Made by a program: the position numbers and the translations under genes. The notes beneath the pieces were generated by a model. The model was not told the DNA's origin. It saw nothing but the letters and a program-made list of their open reading frames with translations, and ran no database searches. A DNA stretch of 64,000 nt, from contig OZ024747.1 of NCBI GenBank assembly GCA_964016885.1, positions 92,690,001 to 92,754,000 on the forward strand, given 5' to 3'. The stretch is from Eledone cirrhosa. Taxonomy: Eukaryota. Shown here piece by piece: positions 53,466 to 64,000 of the stretch. Every line of letters starts with the position of its first letter. The first letter of the stretch is position 1.

Positions 53466-54705
53466 ACCGCCTGACCATCATGCCTTGTCCTAAGCCTCAC
53501 CTGACTGCGCTGGAGTGTTTGCTCTTTCGCTTTTTGTGGAAGGGACATGCTCCGATGGTCAGGCAGTCCATCTGCTGTCAACACCCGCTACGTGGAGGGC
53601 TGGGCATGCCGTAGCTAATGATGTGCAGACACGCGCTCAGGCTACAACATCTCCACCTCTTCCTCGATGGTGATCAGGTGTGGTTGCCGTTTGCTAGACG
53701 CGTCTTTCCCCAGCTCATCTCCTTGACGGAGCTGCAGTCCTGGGTCCAGCGAAGACCGAGATGGAGCGCTTGGAGACTGGAATGTCTTCAGGCACTCACA
53801 GCCCTCGACCAATCGGGCAATGTGATCGGTGGAAACTCCACCTTGGTGTTCTATAGAGGATTACTGGAGGGGAAGAGCGACGACGTACTTGGGGAAACTC
53901 TAGGCATCGACGAAAATCAACTAGCCAATCTCTTCGGAAGAACTTTCGGGCCAGGGCCTATGGACAACTTCTAGAAATCCCTGGCCTGGCAGTGCTACCA
54001 AGGAGCTTTGCCAGTTCGGGATAAACTCTACAGGTGTGGAGGTGCCGTCAGCCGGGCATGTCCGAGATGCACGCAGGGCGACGAAACCGTCCTGCACGCA
54101 CTCGTCCAGTGTCCGAGCATTGCTGACTTGTGGGTTTATGTTGAACACCTGCTGTCGCGTGTAGAACGGATCCGACTATCAGCTGAGACCATCGTGAGAA
54201 TGCTCGGCCCTCTTCCTTTAGCCGGGAAGGGCAGGCAGTTTTTATCTGTCTGGTGGCCATGGCGAAAGAGATAGTATGGTGGACGCATTTGAAAGGGCTG
54301 AAGACGAGCACTTACCTCTTCGGTGATGCCCTGATTAACTTTTTCAAATTTCATTTGAAAAGGAAAATCAGGGTAGAGAGGGAAGTGCTCTCTTTCCAGC
54401 ATTTTGTTGAAAGATGGGTGAGAGAAGCAAGTATGGCCTGAGTATACTCTGAGTATGTGTCTGTAAATTAAAGATGGAAAACTGGGAGAGGGCACTTGCC
54501 CTGGTGGTCAGGGTCACTGTGGCTTTTTAATGGGCTTTCTCCACGAATGTCCCTCGGAAGTCTCCCCCCTATTAGGGAATTTTTTCATTGTTCTATTATT
54601 ACATCCTCTGTTTTTTGTTTTTTTACATGCAGAAATGCCCTTTTATACCGTCCTGTACTGTCCGTAATGTCTACTTTGTGTAAACCCTTGTGGTTAATAA
54701 AGAAA
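53466..54705 (+). mobile_element. Tx1 LINE copy C, 5'-truncated, with stops and frameshifts
   Basis: Colinear with 46156-47413, ending in AATAAA and an (ATT)n tail. Confidence 0.94.
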
Positions 54706-54707
54706 GG

Positions 54708-54737
<30 letters not shown>

Positions 54738-54740
<3 letters not shown>

Positions 54741-55010
54741 GGTAGTATCAGTAGAGGGTCGGATGCCATGCTTTGAAGCATAGAGTTATGGCTCATTATG
54801 ATCTGAGTTTAAATCCCGCCAAGGTTAACTTTGCCTTTCATCCTTACGAGGTTGATAAAATAAAGTACCAGTCATGCACTGGGGTCGATTTAATCGACTT
54901 TCCCCTCCCCCCAAATTACTGGCCTTGTGCCTATATAAAAAACCATTATTATTATTATTAAAGTACCAGTAATGTACTGGGTGATTGCTGGCCTAGTAGA
55001 AACAATTATC
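54738..55010 (+). mobile_element. SINE S1 plus a short S1 3' fragment
   Basis: S1 consensus match within (ATT)n. Confidence 0.87.
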
Positions 55011-55047
55011 ATTATTATTATTATTATTATTATTATTGTTATTGTTA

Positions 55048-55817
55048 TTCCTTGAATCTCAGTCATTGATGTTGGTTAACTGGAAAGTCCGTTGGATTGA
55101 ATATCAAGCCACTACCTGCAGCCTCAGATATTCAGGACGTATCGGAGGGTTCTTGCTGTTCCAAGCAAGCATGCCTTTTGAAGCGTTCCAAAAAGCGTGA
55201 AGGGGCCGATTTTCTTTAACCATCCCTGGAAACTTTTGGAGATAGTCCCTAGTGCGCCTATGACAATCGGGATCACTTTGACTTCATGGCAGTTCCAAAT
55301 CCTTTTCACCTCCCACTTTAGGTCCTGGTATCGGTTAATTTTCTCCCTCTCCTTCTCTTGCACTCTCGTGTCGAACGGGCAGGCCACATCCACAATCAGG
55401 CACGATCTTTTTTCTTTGTCCACAACCACCAGGTCAGGTCTATTGTGTTCCAGTTTTTTGTCCGTCTGTATCCTAAAATCCCACAGCACCTTCACCTGAT
55501 TGTTCTCCATCACCGCCTCTGGCCTATGCTCATACCATTTCTCAGAATGTGGTAGATTGTTTACTTTGCACAGGTGCCAGTGGATCACCCTGCCCATCAC
55601 ATCGTGTCTCCAGCCCTTATAGTGGGTCTGGGCTAGGTGTTTACACTCGGACACAATGTGAGCCACAGTCTCCTCTCTCTCTCCACAGATCCTGCACAGT
55701 GGGCTAGCCTCCTCCTTGTAGATATGGTGCTTCAACCACTTCGTTTTGAGGGCCTGCTCCTGCGCAGCCATTAGCATTCCTTCTGTAGCCTTTTTGAGGT
55801 CTCCTCTTCTCAACCAG
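55048..55817 (-). mobile_element. Dong/R4 LINE 3' fragment with an uninterrupted ~230-aa C-terminus
   Basis: AAQEQAL, CRICGEREETVAHIVSEC, RHD, RPDLVV and TLQKACLLGTARTLR. Confidence 0.93.
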
Positions 55818-56089
55818 ATTATTATTATTATTATTATTATTATCATCATTATCATTATCATTATTATTCTCCTCCTCCTCCTCCTTTTCTTCTTCTTCTC
55901 CCCTTCTTCTCTTCCTCCTCTTCTTCCTTTTCCCTCTCTTCCTGTTCTTCTTCTGCTTCTTCTTCTTCTTCCGCTTCTCCTTCTTCCTCTTTCTCTTCTA
56001 CTTCTTCCTACTCCACCTCCTCTACTTCCTCTTCCTCCTTACCCTCTTCTTCTTTTTCTTCTTCTTCTTCCTCCCCCTTTTCCTCTTCT

Positions 56090-56300
56090 TTTTCGCCCAC
56101 TTATTCCTTAGAGGGTCGTCGGAGGCAGAGACCTGAAATACAGTTTCCAGTGGGTCCTGACAGAAGCAACCATCTCCAATTGATCTGCTTAGATTCCCAA
56201 GCGAGACCAACTGAGCTCATGGATGTTATCCAACCATCTTACTCGGGGTCTACTCCTGAGTCTGCTACCAATTGGTTTTACCCATAAATCTGTCCAATGC
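56090..56300 (-). mobile_element. RTE-like 3' fragment next to a CT-rich tract (55870-56092)
   Basis: Homologous to 3213-3420. Confidence 0.7.
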
Positions 56301-56563
56301 TTCTTCCCTGAGACAGTTTCCCTGAGACATGTCCATAATATCAGAACTGTGATTTCTCAATTCAGAGAATATATCTGAGGGAATAAAATATATTTGAATC
56401 AACTCCAATATATTATTGTTATTTAGTCTTTCAATAGTGGATGGATGGAAAGTTGAATCAGCTGTCACAAAAAAAATAAATGAGTGCTCAAAGCCAGATA
56501 TAATAAAAGATAGAGTCTGGGCTCTATTTTCACAGCACAATTTATAAATTGTAAAAGATTGAA

Positions 56564-56890
56564 TGTATGTATGATCCCGTAACTCCTGATAGAGTCATAG
56601 GAGCACTGTATTGACATGGCGTTTCTTGGGTATTTTAAGCCTAGCGGAGCCCATCCCTCTCCAGGCCTGAATACAGATTTCTTCCAGAGAAAGATAGAAA
56701 GTGAGAGAGAGGAAGTGAGAAAGAGATATAGAGGAAGAATCCACTCCAGTACTAGACTGGTACTTCTTTTTATTAACCTCGTAAGGATGAAAAGCAAAGT
56801 TGACCTCGGCGGGATTTGAACTCTGAGAGCCAGAACGAATACCATAAAACATTCTATCCGACATTCTAAGGACTCTGCCAATTCGCTGCC
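56564..56890 (-). mobile_element. S1 head/core SINE with an alternative (CATA)n tail
   Basis: S1 core at 56750-56890 joined to ...ggagagggatgggctcc...ggagttacgggatcatacatacat. Confidence 0.8.
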
Positions 56891-57093
56891 TAAAAGATTG
56901 AATACAAAGTTTAATTACAACTTAATAAAATTACAAAATATTGTTTGAAAGACTTTGACATTTGCTCAATTATAAGACCTTCTATGGTGTTATTTCACCA
57001 ATTCAAGAAATAGCTATGACTAGGTTACCAAATTAGCATAATTTATTGTCAGCACAAACATATACACAAGCACATATATATACATACACATAC

Positions 57094-57590
57094 ATCATCA
57101 TCATCATCATCATTTCATTTTACGTCCGCTTTTTCCCTGCTTGCAAGGGTGGGACGGGAACTGATTCTGGCTTGATTTCTACAGCTGGATGCCCTTCCTA
57201 ACACCAACCTCATTTACAGTGAGTGCTGGGTGCTTTTTTGCTGTGGCACCTCCACGACCACTTTACAGTGAGTGCTGGGTGCTTTTTTGCTGTGGCACCT
57301 CCACGACCACTTTACAGTGAGTGCTGGGTGCTTTTTTGCTGTGGCACCTGCACGACCACTTTACAGTGAGTGCTGGGTGCTTTTTTGCTGTGGCACCTGC
57401 ACGACCACTTTGCAGTGGAATGATATGGACCCCAGACCCTATCGTCTCATTTCTACAGCTGAGTAAACTGGAGCAATGTGGAATAAAGTGTCTTGCTCAA
57501 GGAAACAACACATCACCCGGTCTGAGAATTGAACTCACAACCTTTCGATTGAAAGGCCAATGCCATAACCACTAAGCCATGTGCCTCCAT
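57094..57590 (-). mobile_element. Full-length CORE-like SINE S3 with an RTE tail and four internal 49-bp repeats
   Basis: tRNA-like head. Repeat units start at 57213, 57262, 57311 and 57360. The tail matches 23608-23667. Confidence 0.9.
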
Positions 57591-58044
57591 AGCCATGTGC
57601 CTCCATATATACACATACAAACATGCATACATATATACACATAAAATACATGCAAACATATAAATAAATACATACCTACACACAGACATATATATACATA
57701 CAGATATGAATATGACTATGCAAGTTCCAATGTATGCATACATATATACGATGCATGGGTGGTTGTATGGGTACTGTGGTGGTGGGGGTCTAGTGGTGGT
57801 GACAGCACTGGTGTTGGTGTAGTGGGAATGAGTAAAGAATATAAATCAATGCAGTTTAAAATTTAAAGAATTACGAATGGTGAAGATTATAGCAATATAA
57901 AATTATAGAAGCTATGATGGGTGAATGAGTGAGTGGTGCCAGGGTGGTATTGGTGTTAAATAAATATGTGGAATATCTAAGATATATAAATATAACTAAT
58001 GGAGATACAAAGGAATTAACTACAATAAAACATAAACAAACTAA

Positions 58045-58672
58045 GTGAGAAATTAGGAATAAGAAGGATCAGATGCAGTTTAGTTGATAGGAGATTACAT
58101 TGGTATGGTCATGTGAAGCACATGAAAGACGACAACTGTATCAAAAAGTGCAGGGCGACCAAATTTGATGCAAGCTATGGAGTGGGTAGACCCAGAAAAA
58201 CCTGGGATGAGGTGATAAAAACTAACCTTGCTCACTCTTATACCTCTCTAAGACAATGTCACTGGACCAAGACCTTTGGCGCTATGCAGTAATACAGAAG
58301 ACACGCGTTCCCTTACATATGAAGTTAAACCTACAGTCAGTAAGTACCTCTTAACCAAATATACACCCCTCCCCACTAACCCTACTCCACCCTCCCACTT
58401 TCGTCCACTGTAAAGTGGTCATGTAGGTATCACGACAAAAAGCACCCAGTCCACACTGTAAAGTGGTTGTGTAGGAGACACGGTAAAAAGGCTCCCAGTC
58501 CACACTCTAAATGTGGTTGGTGTTAAGAAGGGCATCCAGCCATAGAAAACCTGCCAGAAACATTTCTATATGAGTGAGACATGGTCACCCGACCAATCTT
58601 GCCTCAATTGGGACAAACCCGTCCAACCCATGCTAGCGTGGAAGATGGATGTTAAACAATGATGATGATGAT
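58045..58672 (+). mobile_element. Decayed RTE 3' end followed by an RTE-tailed SINE fragment
   Basis: tggtatggtcatgtg (WYGHV), GRPRKTW, then aagggcatccagccatagaaa...(gat)n. Confidence 0.7.
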
Positions 58673-59057
58673 ATAAATATAACTAATGGAGATATAAATG
58701 AATTAACTACAATGAAGATTATATAAATATAAATATTATGAAATTATATATGATGATAGTGGTGCTGAGGTGAGGTGGTGTTGGTGTTAGGCACATATAA
58801 AATATAAGGTATGAGAAATAAAGTAAGTAAAGGAAAAAATGAAAAAGCTGAAAAAAATGAAAAATAGTGAAGGGGAAATGAAAAATAAAAAACTGAAAAG
58901 TTGCAAAGTTGGAAAGATGATAAAAAATGACAGAATGACAAAAAGGAAGAAAAGAATTTCAAAATGAGTTTGAGCTTAAGAAGGAGAGAAATAATCTAAT
59001 ATCTAATAGAAGCAGTACATAAAGATAGAGATGGTACATAAAGGAACGATTAACTTT

Positions 59058-59261
59058 CATCAAATCGGACCGAGGAAACAATGTTTCCATTGGTCTTTCC
59101 AATTGCTAATACTATCTATCGGTCGCAACTCCAGGTAGAAGGAGCAACGTGAAATAAAGTGTCCTGCTCAAGGACATAATGCATCGCCCGGTCTGGGAAT
59201 CGAACTCACAACCTCACAATTGCGAATCCAATTCTTTAATCACTCAGCCACATGCCTTCAC
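59058..59261 (-). mobile_element. SINE S4
   Basis: B box gagttcgattccc. Matches 50011-50200. Confidence 0.82.
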
Positions 59262-59395
59262 CAGATGGTACATAGGCACTCAGTTAGAGGACATAGTGGC
59301 TGTTTGTATGAGAAATTCATAAAAAAGAGAAGAGCAAGAATTTTAGAAAAGCATATCTTAAAATGAAACATGAAAAAATATTTAAAGTTACTTGT

Positions 59396-59580
59396 TTAAC
59401 CCTTTAACACTTACATTACTCTATATATATACCATTGTAATTTCATGGTAAACACTTTATTTCACATAATATAGAATCTATGAAATTTTGATGTTATTTA
59501 TTTTGAGAACAATACTTTGATATACAGTTTGAAAAGGAACAGGTGAGAGAATTCTGGCCAGATACGGCCGGTTTAAATGT
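59396..59580 (-). mobile_element. MITE M1, diverged
   Basis: TTAAccctttaacac with the reverse M1 body. Confidence 0.75.
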
Positions 59581-60083
59581 TGAATAAAAGTAGTTAGACA
59601 GCTAACAAACCAGTTTGTTTGTTTGTTTTTGGTGACTAGAACTATAGCTGTAATAAAGATTTGATGTGAAAATGTATAAGTGAGCTAAAATTGATATACT
59701 AAGGAAATTGTCTCTTGCAAGGTTAAAATGTTTTAAATATTTTGTTTTGAATATTATATTTTGGGTACAAGAGCAACCGAAGAGTTACTTTAAAATAATA
59801 TGATTTGCTTATGTCACTTATAACTTTTGACAAGCACTTTGTGTCTTGTTTGGCAATTGACAAGAAATTTAGTTGTAAATAAATTCAGTTAAGAGCTGTC
59901 TAGTCATTGTAATATATTCACAGGAAATTGTATTTCAATGTGTTTGTTCCCTTTCTCTGCAACTTCTTGAAGTTTGAAGAACAAAATTAAGAGGTAGTTA
60001 ATTACATCTAGGAACAAATAACTTCCTCCTAACAACAGAATTAAGATCTTTAAGACAAGTATTCATTCATTATGATTATGTGA

Positions 60084-60136
<53 letters not shown>

Positions 60137-60886
60137 TTAGATGGTAGGGTAAAAACGAAACATACAAAAATGAAATTATCACATGATCCATATGACAGGT
60201 ACAATGTTTCCAAACACGGAAGGGCCAAACTCCCACCATCATCACCCCCATCTGTGACCATAAATATAACAAAGGGCCTGGTCTGGTTATGCCCAGAGCC
60301 ACTACACCCTGGTAATGATATATAAGCTGCCTTGCTTGTGTGCTTGGGAATGGAAAACGAATACATAATAAATTGATATGAAATAGAATGCCATTGAATA
60401 CATAAGATATGTTGTAGTAATACCTTGGACAGGTGCAGATATATAGTTTATAAATTCATTTTAGGGTCTCATAGTTCTGAGTTCTATTCTGTTACCCCAT
60501 TACACATATTTTGGGTTGTGTGTGTGTGTAATGAATACTTTATTTTATCATTTTGCAGTGAAGGTTTTTAGAACCTTGTGTTTGCAATTCCTGTATGTAT
60601 TATGAAGAAGTATGAAACAAGAATCTGTTTGTATACTTTCGTTGGAATGGATGTAAACAGCTGACTTCCAACACACATACAGTCATACACACACTCACAC
60701 AAACACGCAATTTATACTTGACTGATGGTTCGTTTTATACATCGACCCACTCCTCATCAGTAATTTCCTGCTGCTTTGTTTTATCAACCATGGAAGAATG
60801 AAAAGCAAAGTTGATCTTGACAGAATTCATACTAAGATAACAAAGGAATGTAACTTAAATAAATGTTGCAATGTATTTTGAAATAA

Positions 60887-61433
60887 ATATAAAAATGAGA
60901 AAACTCATTGCAAGAACAGCCATTAAAACAGCTAAATGCTGTCAAAGACAGCAATGGGCAAACATGCTTCAGAGGACAGAGACCAGTGGCCAGTGGTCAA
61001 CAGAGAGAAACAATGCACAAGGTGAAGATGTGTGTATGGAAACTTATCTTGTACATCACCTTTCTTTCTTTCCTTCTTTCAGTCACTTCTGTGTGCCAAC
61101 ACACTTTTCCTTGTCCTCCTCTCCTTTCCATCTTTTCTATATTCCATCTGCCTGTCACCCACCTTGAGGATTGTCTCTCTGTTGACCACTGGCCACTAGT
61201 CTCTGTTCTATGTTTTCCAGCATAGTTACCTCCCTTTACGATCTGAGTTCAAATCCCGCCGAGGTTGACTTTGCCTTTCATCCTTACGGGGTCGATAAAA
61301 TAAAGTACCAGTAATGCACTGGGAAATTGCTGGCCTTGTGCCTAAAGTAGAAACAATTATTGTCCATTGCTGTCTTTGACAGCATTTCACTGTTTTAACA
61401 GCTGTTCAAGCGATGGGTTTTTCATTTTTATAT
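60887..61433. repeat. Old inverted repeat with ~120-bp arms and a SINE S1 (61210-61360) in the right arm
   Basis: 60887-61008 versus 61174-61209 plus 61360-61433. Confidence 0.85.
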
Positions 61434-61637
61434 ATATTCGAATACACTCTCGCTTCGTCTCAATCAGAGGCAACATTGTTTTAATTGTAGAATATAATGT
61501 TTTAACTACACATGATATGGAAGAAAACATTAACACTTTTGATACTAACCCACTCATTTTAAAGGATTCCTTTAAAATCTTCCGATATAATTTGACACCA
61601 GAATCTTTTGTTACATTACAAGTACCATTTTAATAAT

Positions 61638-61817
61638 TGTTTCTACTTTTCGCACAAGGCCAGCAATTACCCAGTACATTACTGGTACTTTATTTTATCG
61701 ACCTCGTAAGGATGAAAGGCAAAGTTAACCTCAGCAGGATTTGAATTCAGACCGTAAAGAGGCATAACTCTTTGCTGCAAAGCATGGCGTCAGACCCTCT
61801 ACTGATACTGCCAATCC
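61638..61817 (-). mobile_element. SINE S1 with a 17-bp TSD, inside an M2-like MITE (~61530-61931)
   Basis: agtaccattttaataat at 61621-61637 and 61818-61834. Confidence 0.88.
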
Positions 61818-62530
61818 AGTACCATTTTAATAATGAAATAATTAATAAGTTTACTTAATCCCTTCTAAATTCTTCATTAATTAATTCAAATACGATGCAT
61901 TTCATTAGAAATCTGGTAATGAAAAGGTTAAAACCAATAAAAGATAAATCATTACAAGGGAAAGAAATATTATCAATCATATAAAACAATCATATCTGTA
62001 CGTACACATACATACACATACATACACATGTATACACACATACACATACATATACACGTATACACACATACACACACATACACACATGTATACACACACA
62101 TACACACAGGCATAGTGAAAATAAAAAATTGTAATAAAATATTTATAGTTTAATATATGTAAAGTAAATTATATTGAGTGCATGTTGATGATACAATTAT
62201 TATTTTAATTTAATTATCAATTAGACTAAAATTTGTGATTATGATAATTCATAAAATCAATGTGCATATTATATGAGATTTATATAATTTATATATTATT
62301 CATTAATTAAATATGAATTCAATGTAGTTTGATTTGTGTCTGTATGCCAAGAGGATTTTAATGTGCTCCATTATTAGATCTCCTGGCCTTGTCATTTTTA
62401 CAAGGAATTTGAAGTGAAGGTCATGAAATTGGTCGTTTATTTTATTTTACCAGTTTGTTGTGAAGTGCCACGGATATTTCATTGTCTAATAATAGTCAGA
62501 AAAACAAGAAAATAATTTCATTATTATTAT

Positions 62531-62912
62531 TGGTGAATTGGCAGTATCGGTAGAGGGTCGGACACCATGCTTTCCAGCATAATTACGTCCCTTTATGGTC
62601 TGAGTTCAAATCCCGTCAAGGTTAACTTTGCCTTTTATCCTTACGAGGTCAATAAAATAAAGTACCAGTAATGTACTGGGTAATTGCTGGTCTTGTGCCA
62701 AAAGTAGAAAAAATTATTATGGCAGTATCGGTAGAGCGTCGGACACCATGCTTTGCAGCATAGAGTTGTGGCCCTTTATGGTCTGAGTTCAAATCCCGCC
62801 GAGGTTAACTTTGCCTTTCATCCTTACAGAGTCGATAAAATAAAGTACCAGTAATGCACTGGGGTAATTGCTGGCCTTGTGCCAAAAGTAGAAAAAATTA
62901 TTATTATTATTA
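62531..62912 (+). mobile_element. Two tandem SINE S1 copies
   Basis: S1 consensus twice, with (ATT)n flanks. Confidence 0.9.
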
Positions 62913-63071
62913 TTTTAAAATAAAATGAAAAAAGAGGAGGAAGTAGAGATGAGGAAGAGGATGAGGTAGAGATGAAGGATGAGGATGAAGAGGAGGATCA
63001 TGTTGTTAATAGTAAAAACTCACTAATAACATATACAATTACAGGAAACAAACCAGTAAGTTACTTAAAAG

Positions 63072-63134
<63 letters not shown>

Positions 63135-63252
63135 AAAAGGTAAACAGAAATAACAACACAATCGGTACAGTATATGGAAGGGATATATTAGGTTAACGCT
63201 TAATATAGCTGGAAGAGGGTCTTAACGTTTCGGACGCTAGTCCTTCATCAGG
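63135..63252 (-). mobile_element. Penelope-like terminal fragment with a minimal hammerhead core
   Basis: CTGATGA-a-ggac-tagc-gtcc-GAAAC-GTT on the minus strand at ~63223-63251. Confidence 0.65.
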
Positions 63253-63423
63253 TATATATATATGTATGTATGGTCCCGTAACTCCTGGGGGGTGTCGTAG
63301 GGGTGTTGTATGTCAATACGGCGTTTCTTAGTCATATTAAACCTGGTAGAGCCCATATACATCATCATCATCATCATCATCATCGTTTAACGTTCATCTT
63401 CCCCGCTAGCATGAGTTAGACGG

Positions 63424-63464
<41 letters not shown>

Positions 63465-63570
63465 CGACGGCTGAGCTCAAGCCGTTACGACGGCTAATTC
63501 TGTACTGAATTAGCCGTCGAAACGGCTTGAGCTCAGCCGTCGGGGTCTTACTTGTTCCTATTACCCACTC

Positions 63571-63615
<45 letters not shown>

Positions 63616-63763
63616 AAGAACATATAGACAAAAATTGCCTAGTTTTTCTTCATAGTCCCAACTACCTCACAACTTAGATGCACTTTGGCTGTACACCAGT
63701 TGGGACTATGAAGAAAAATTAGGCAATTTTTGTCTATATGTTCTTCACATATATATATATATA

Positions 63764-63805
<42 letters not shown>

Positions 63806-64000
63806 CCGTCTAACTCATGCTAGCATGGAAGATGAACGTTAAACGATGATGATGATGATGATGATGATGATGATATATATGGGCTCTACCAGGCTTAATA
63901 TGACCAACAAACGCTGTATTGACATACAACACCCCTACGATACCCTCCAGGAGTTACGGGACCATACATACATATATATATATCTGATGAAGGACTAGCG
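63235..64000. repeat. Nested palindrome: outer arms of at least 195 bp enclosing two hairpins
   Basis: 63235-63430 versus ~63798-64000 (runs off the window). Inner hairpins 63464-63543 and 63611-63750. Confidence 0.95.

Overview
AT-rich, microsatellite-dense eukaryotic DNA made almost entirely of transposable-element sequence. The repeat families suggest an octopod cephalopod (inference from recalled repeat sequences). I can support no host protein-coding exon. Contents: (1) one full-length but interrupted Tx1/L1-clade LINE (41422-47413, +) and four related partial copies; (2) four 5'-truncated Dong/R4-clade LINEs with a restriction-like endonuclease; (3) RTE LINE fragments; (4) more than 25 tRNA-derived SINEs of two head/core types with interchangeable tails; (5) TTAA-flanked piggyBac-type MITEs; (6) mini- and microsatellites. 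Most interesting observations: (a) hammerhead-ribozyme motifs, one complete at 5510-5598 (-) and several partial ones inside fold-back palindromes in (TA)n tracts; (b) the same in-frame TAG at the conserved aromatic RT position in two separate Tx1 copies, a candidate A-to-I amber-to-Trp recoding site, although a defective common ancestor is the simpler explanation; (c) Tx1, its probable partner SINE and Dong stack into (AAT)n tracts on consistent, opposite strands; (d) an ORF1/5'UTR swap between Tx1 copies; (e) many local inverted duplications that copy TE junctions. Coordinates and identities were read by eye and are approximate.
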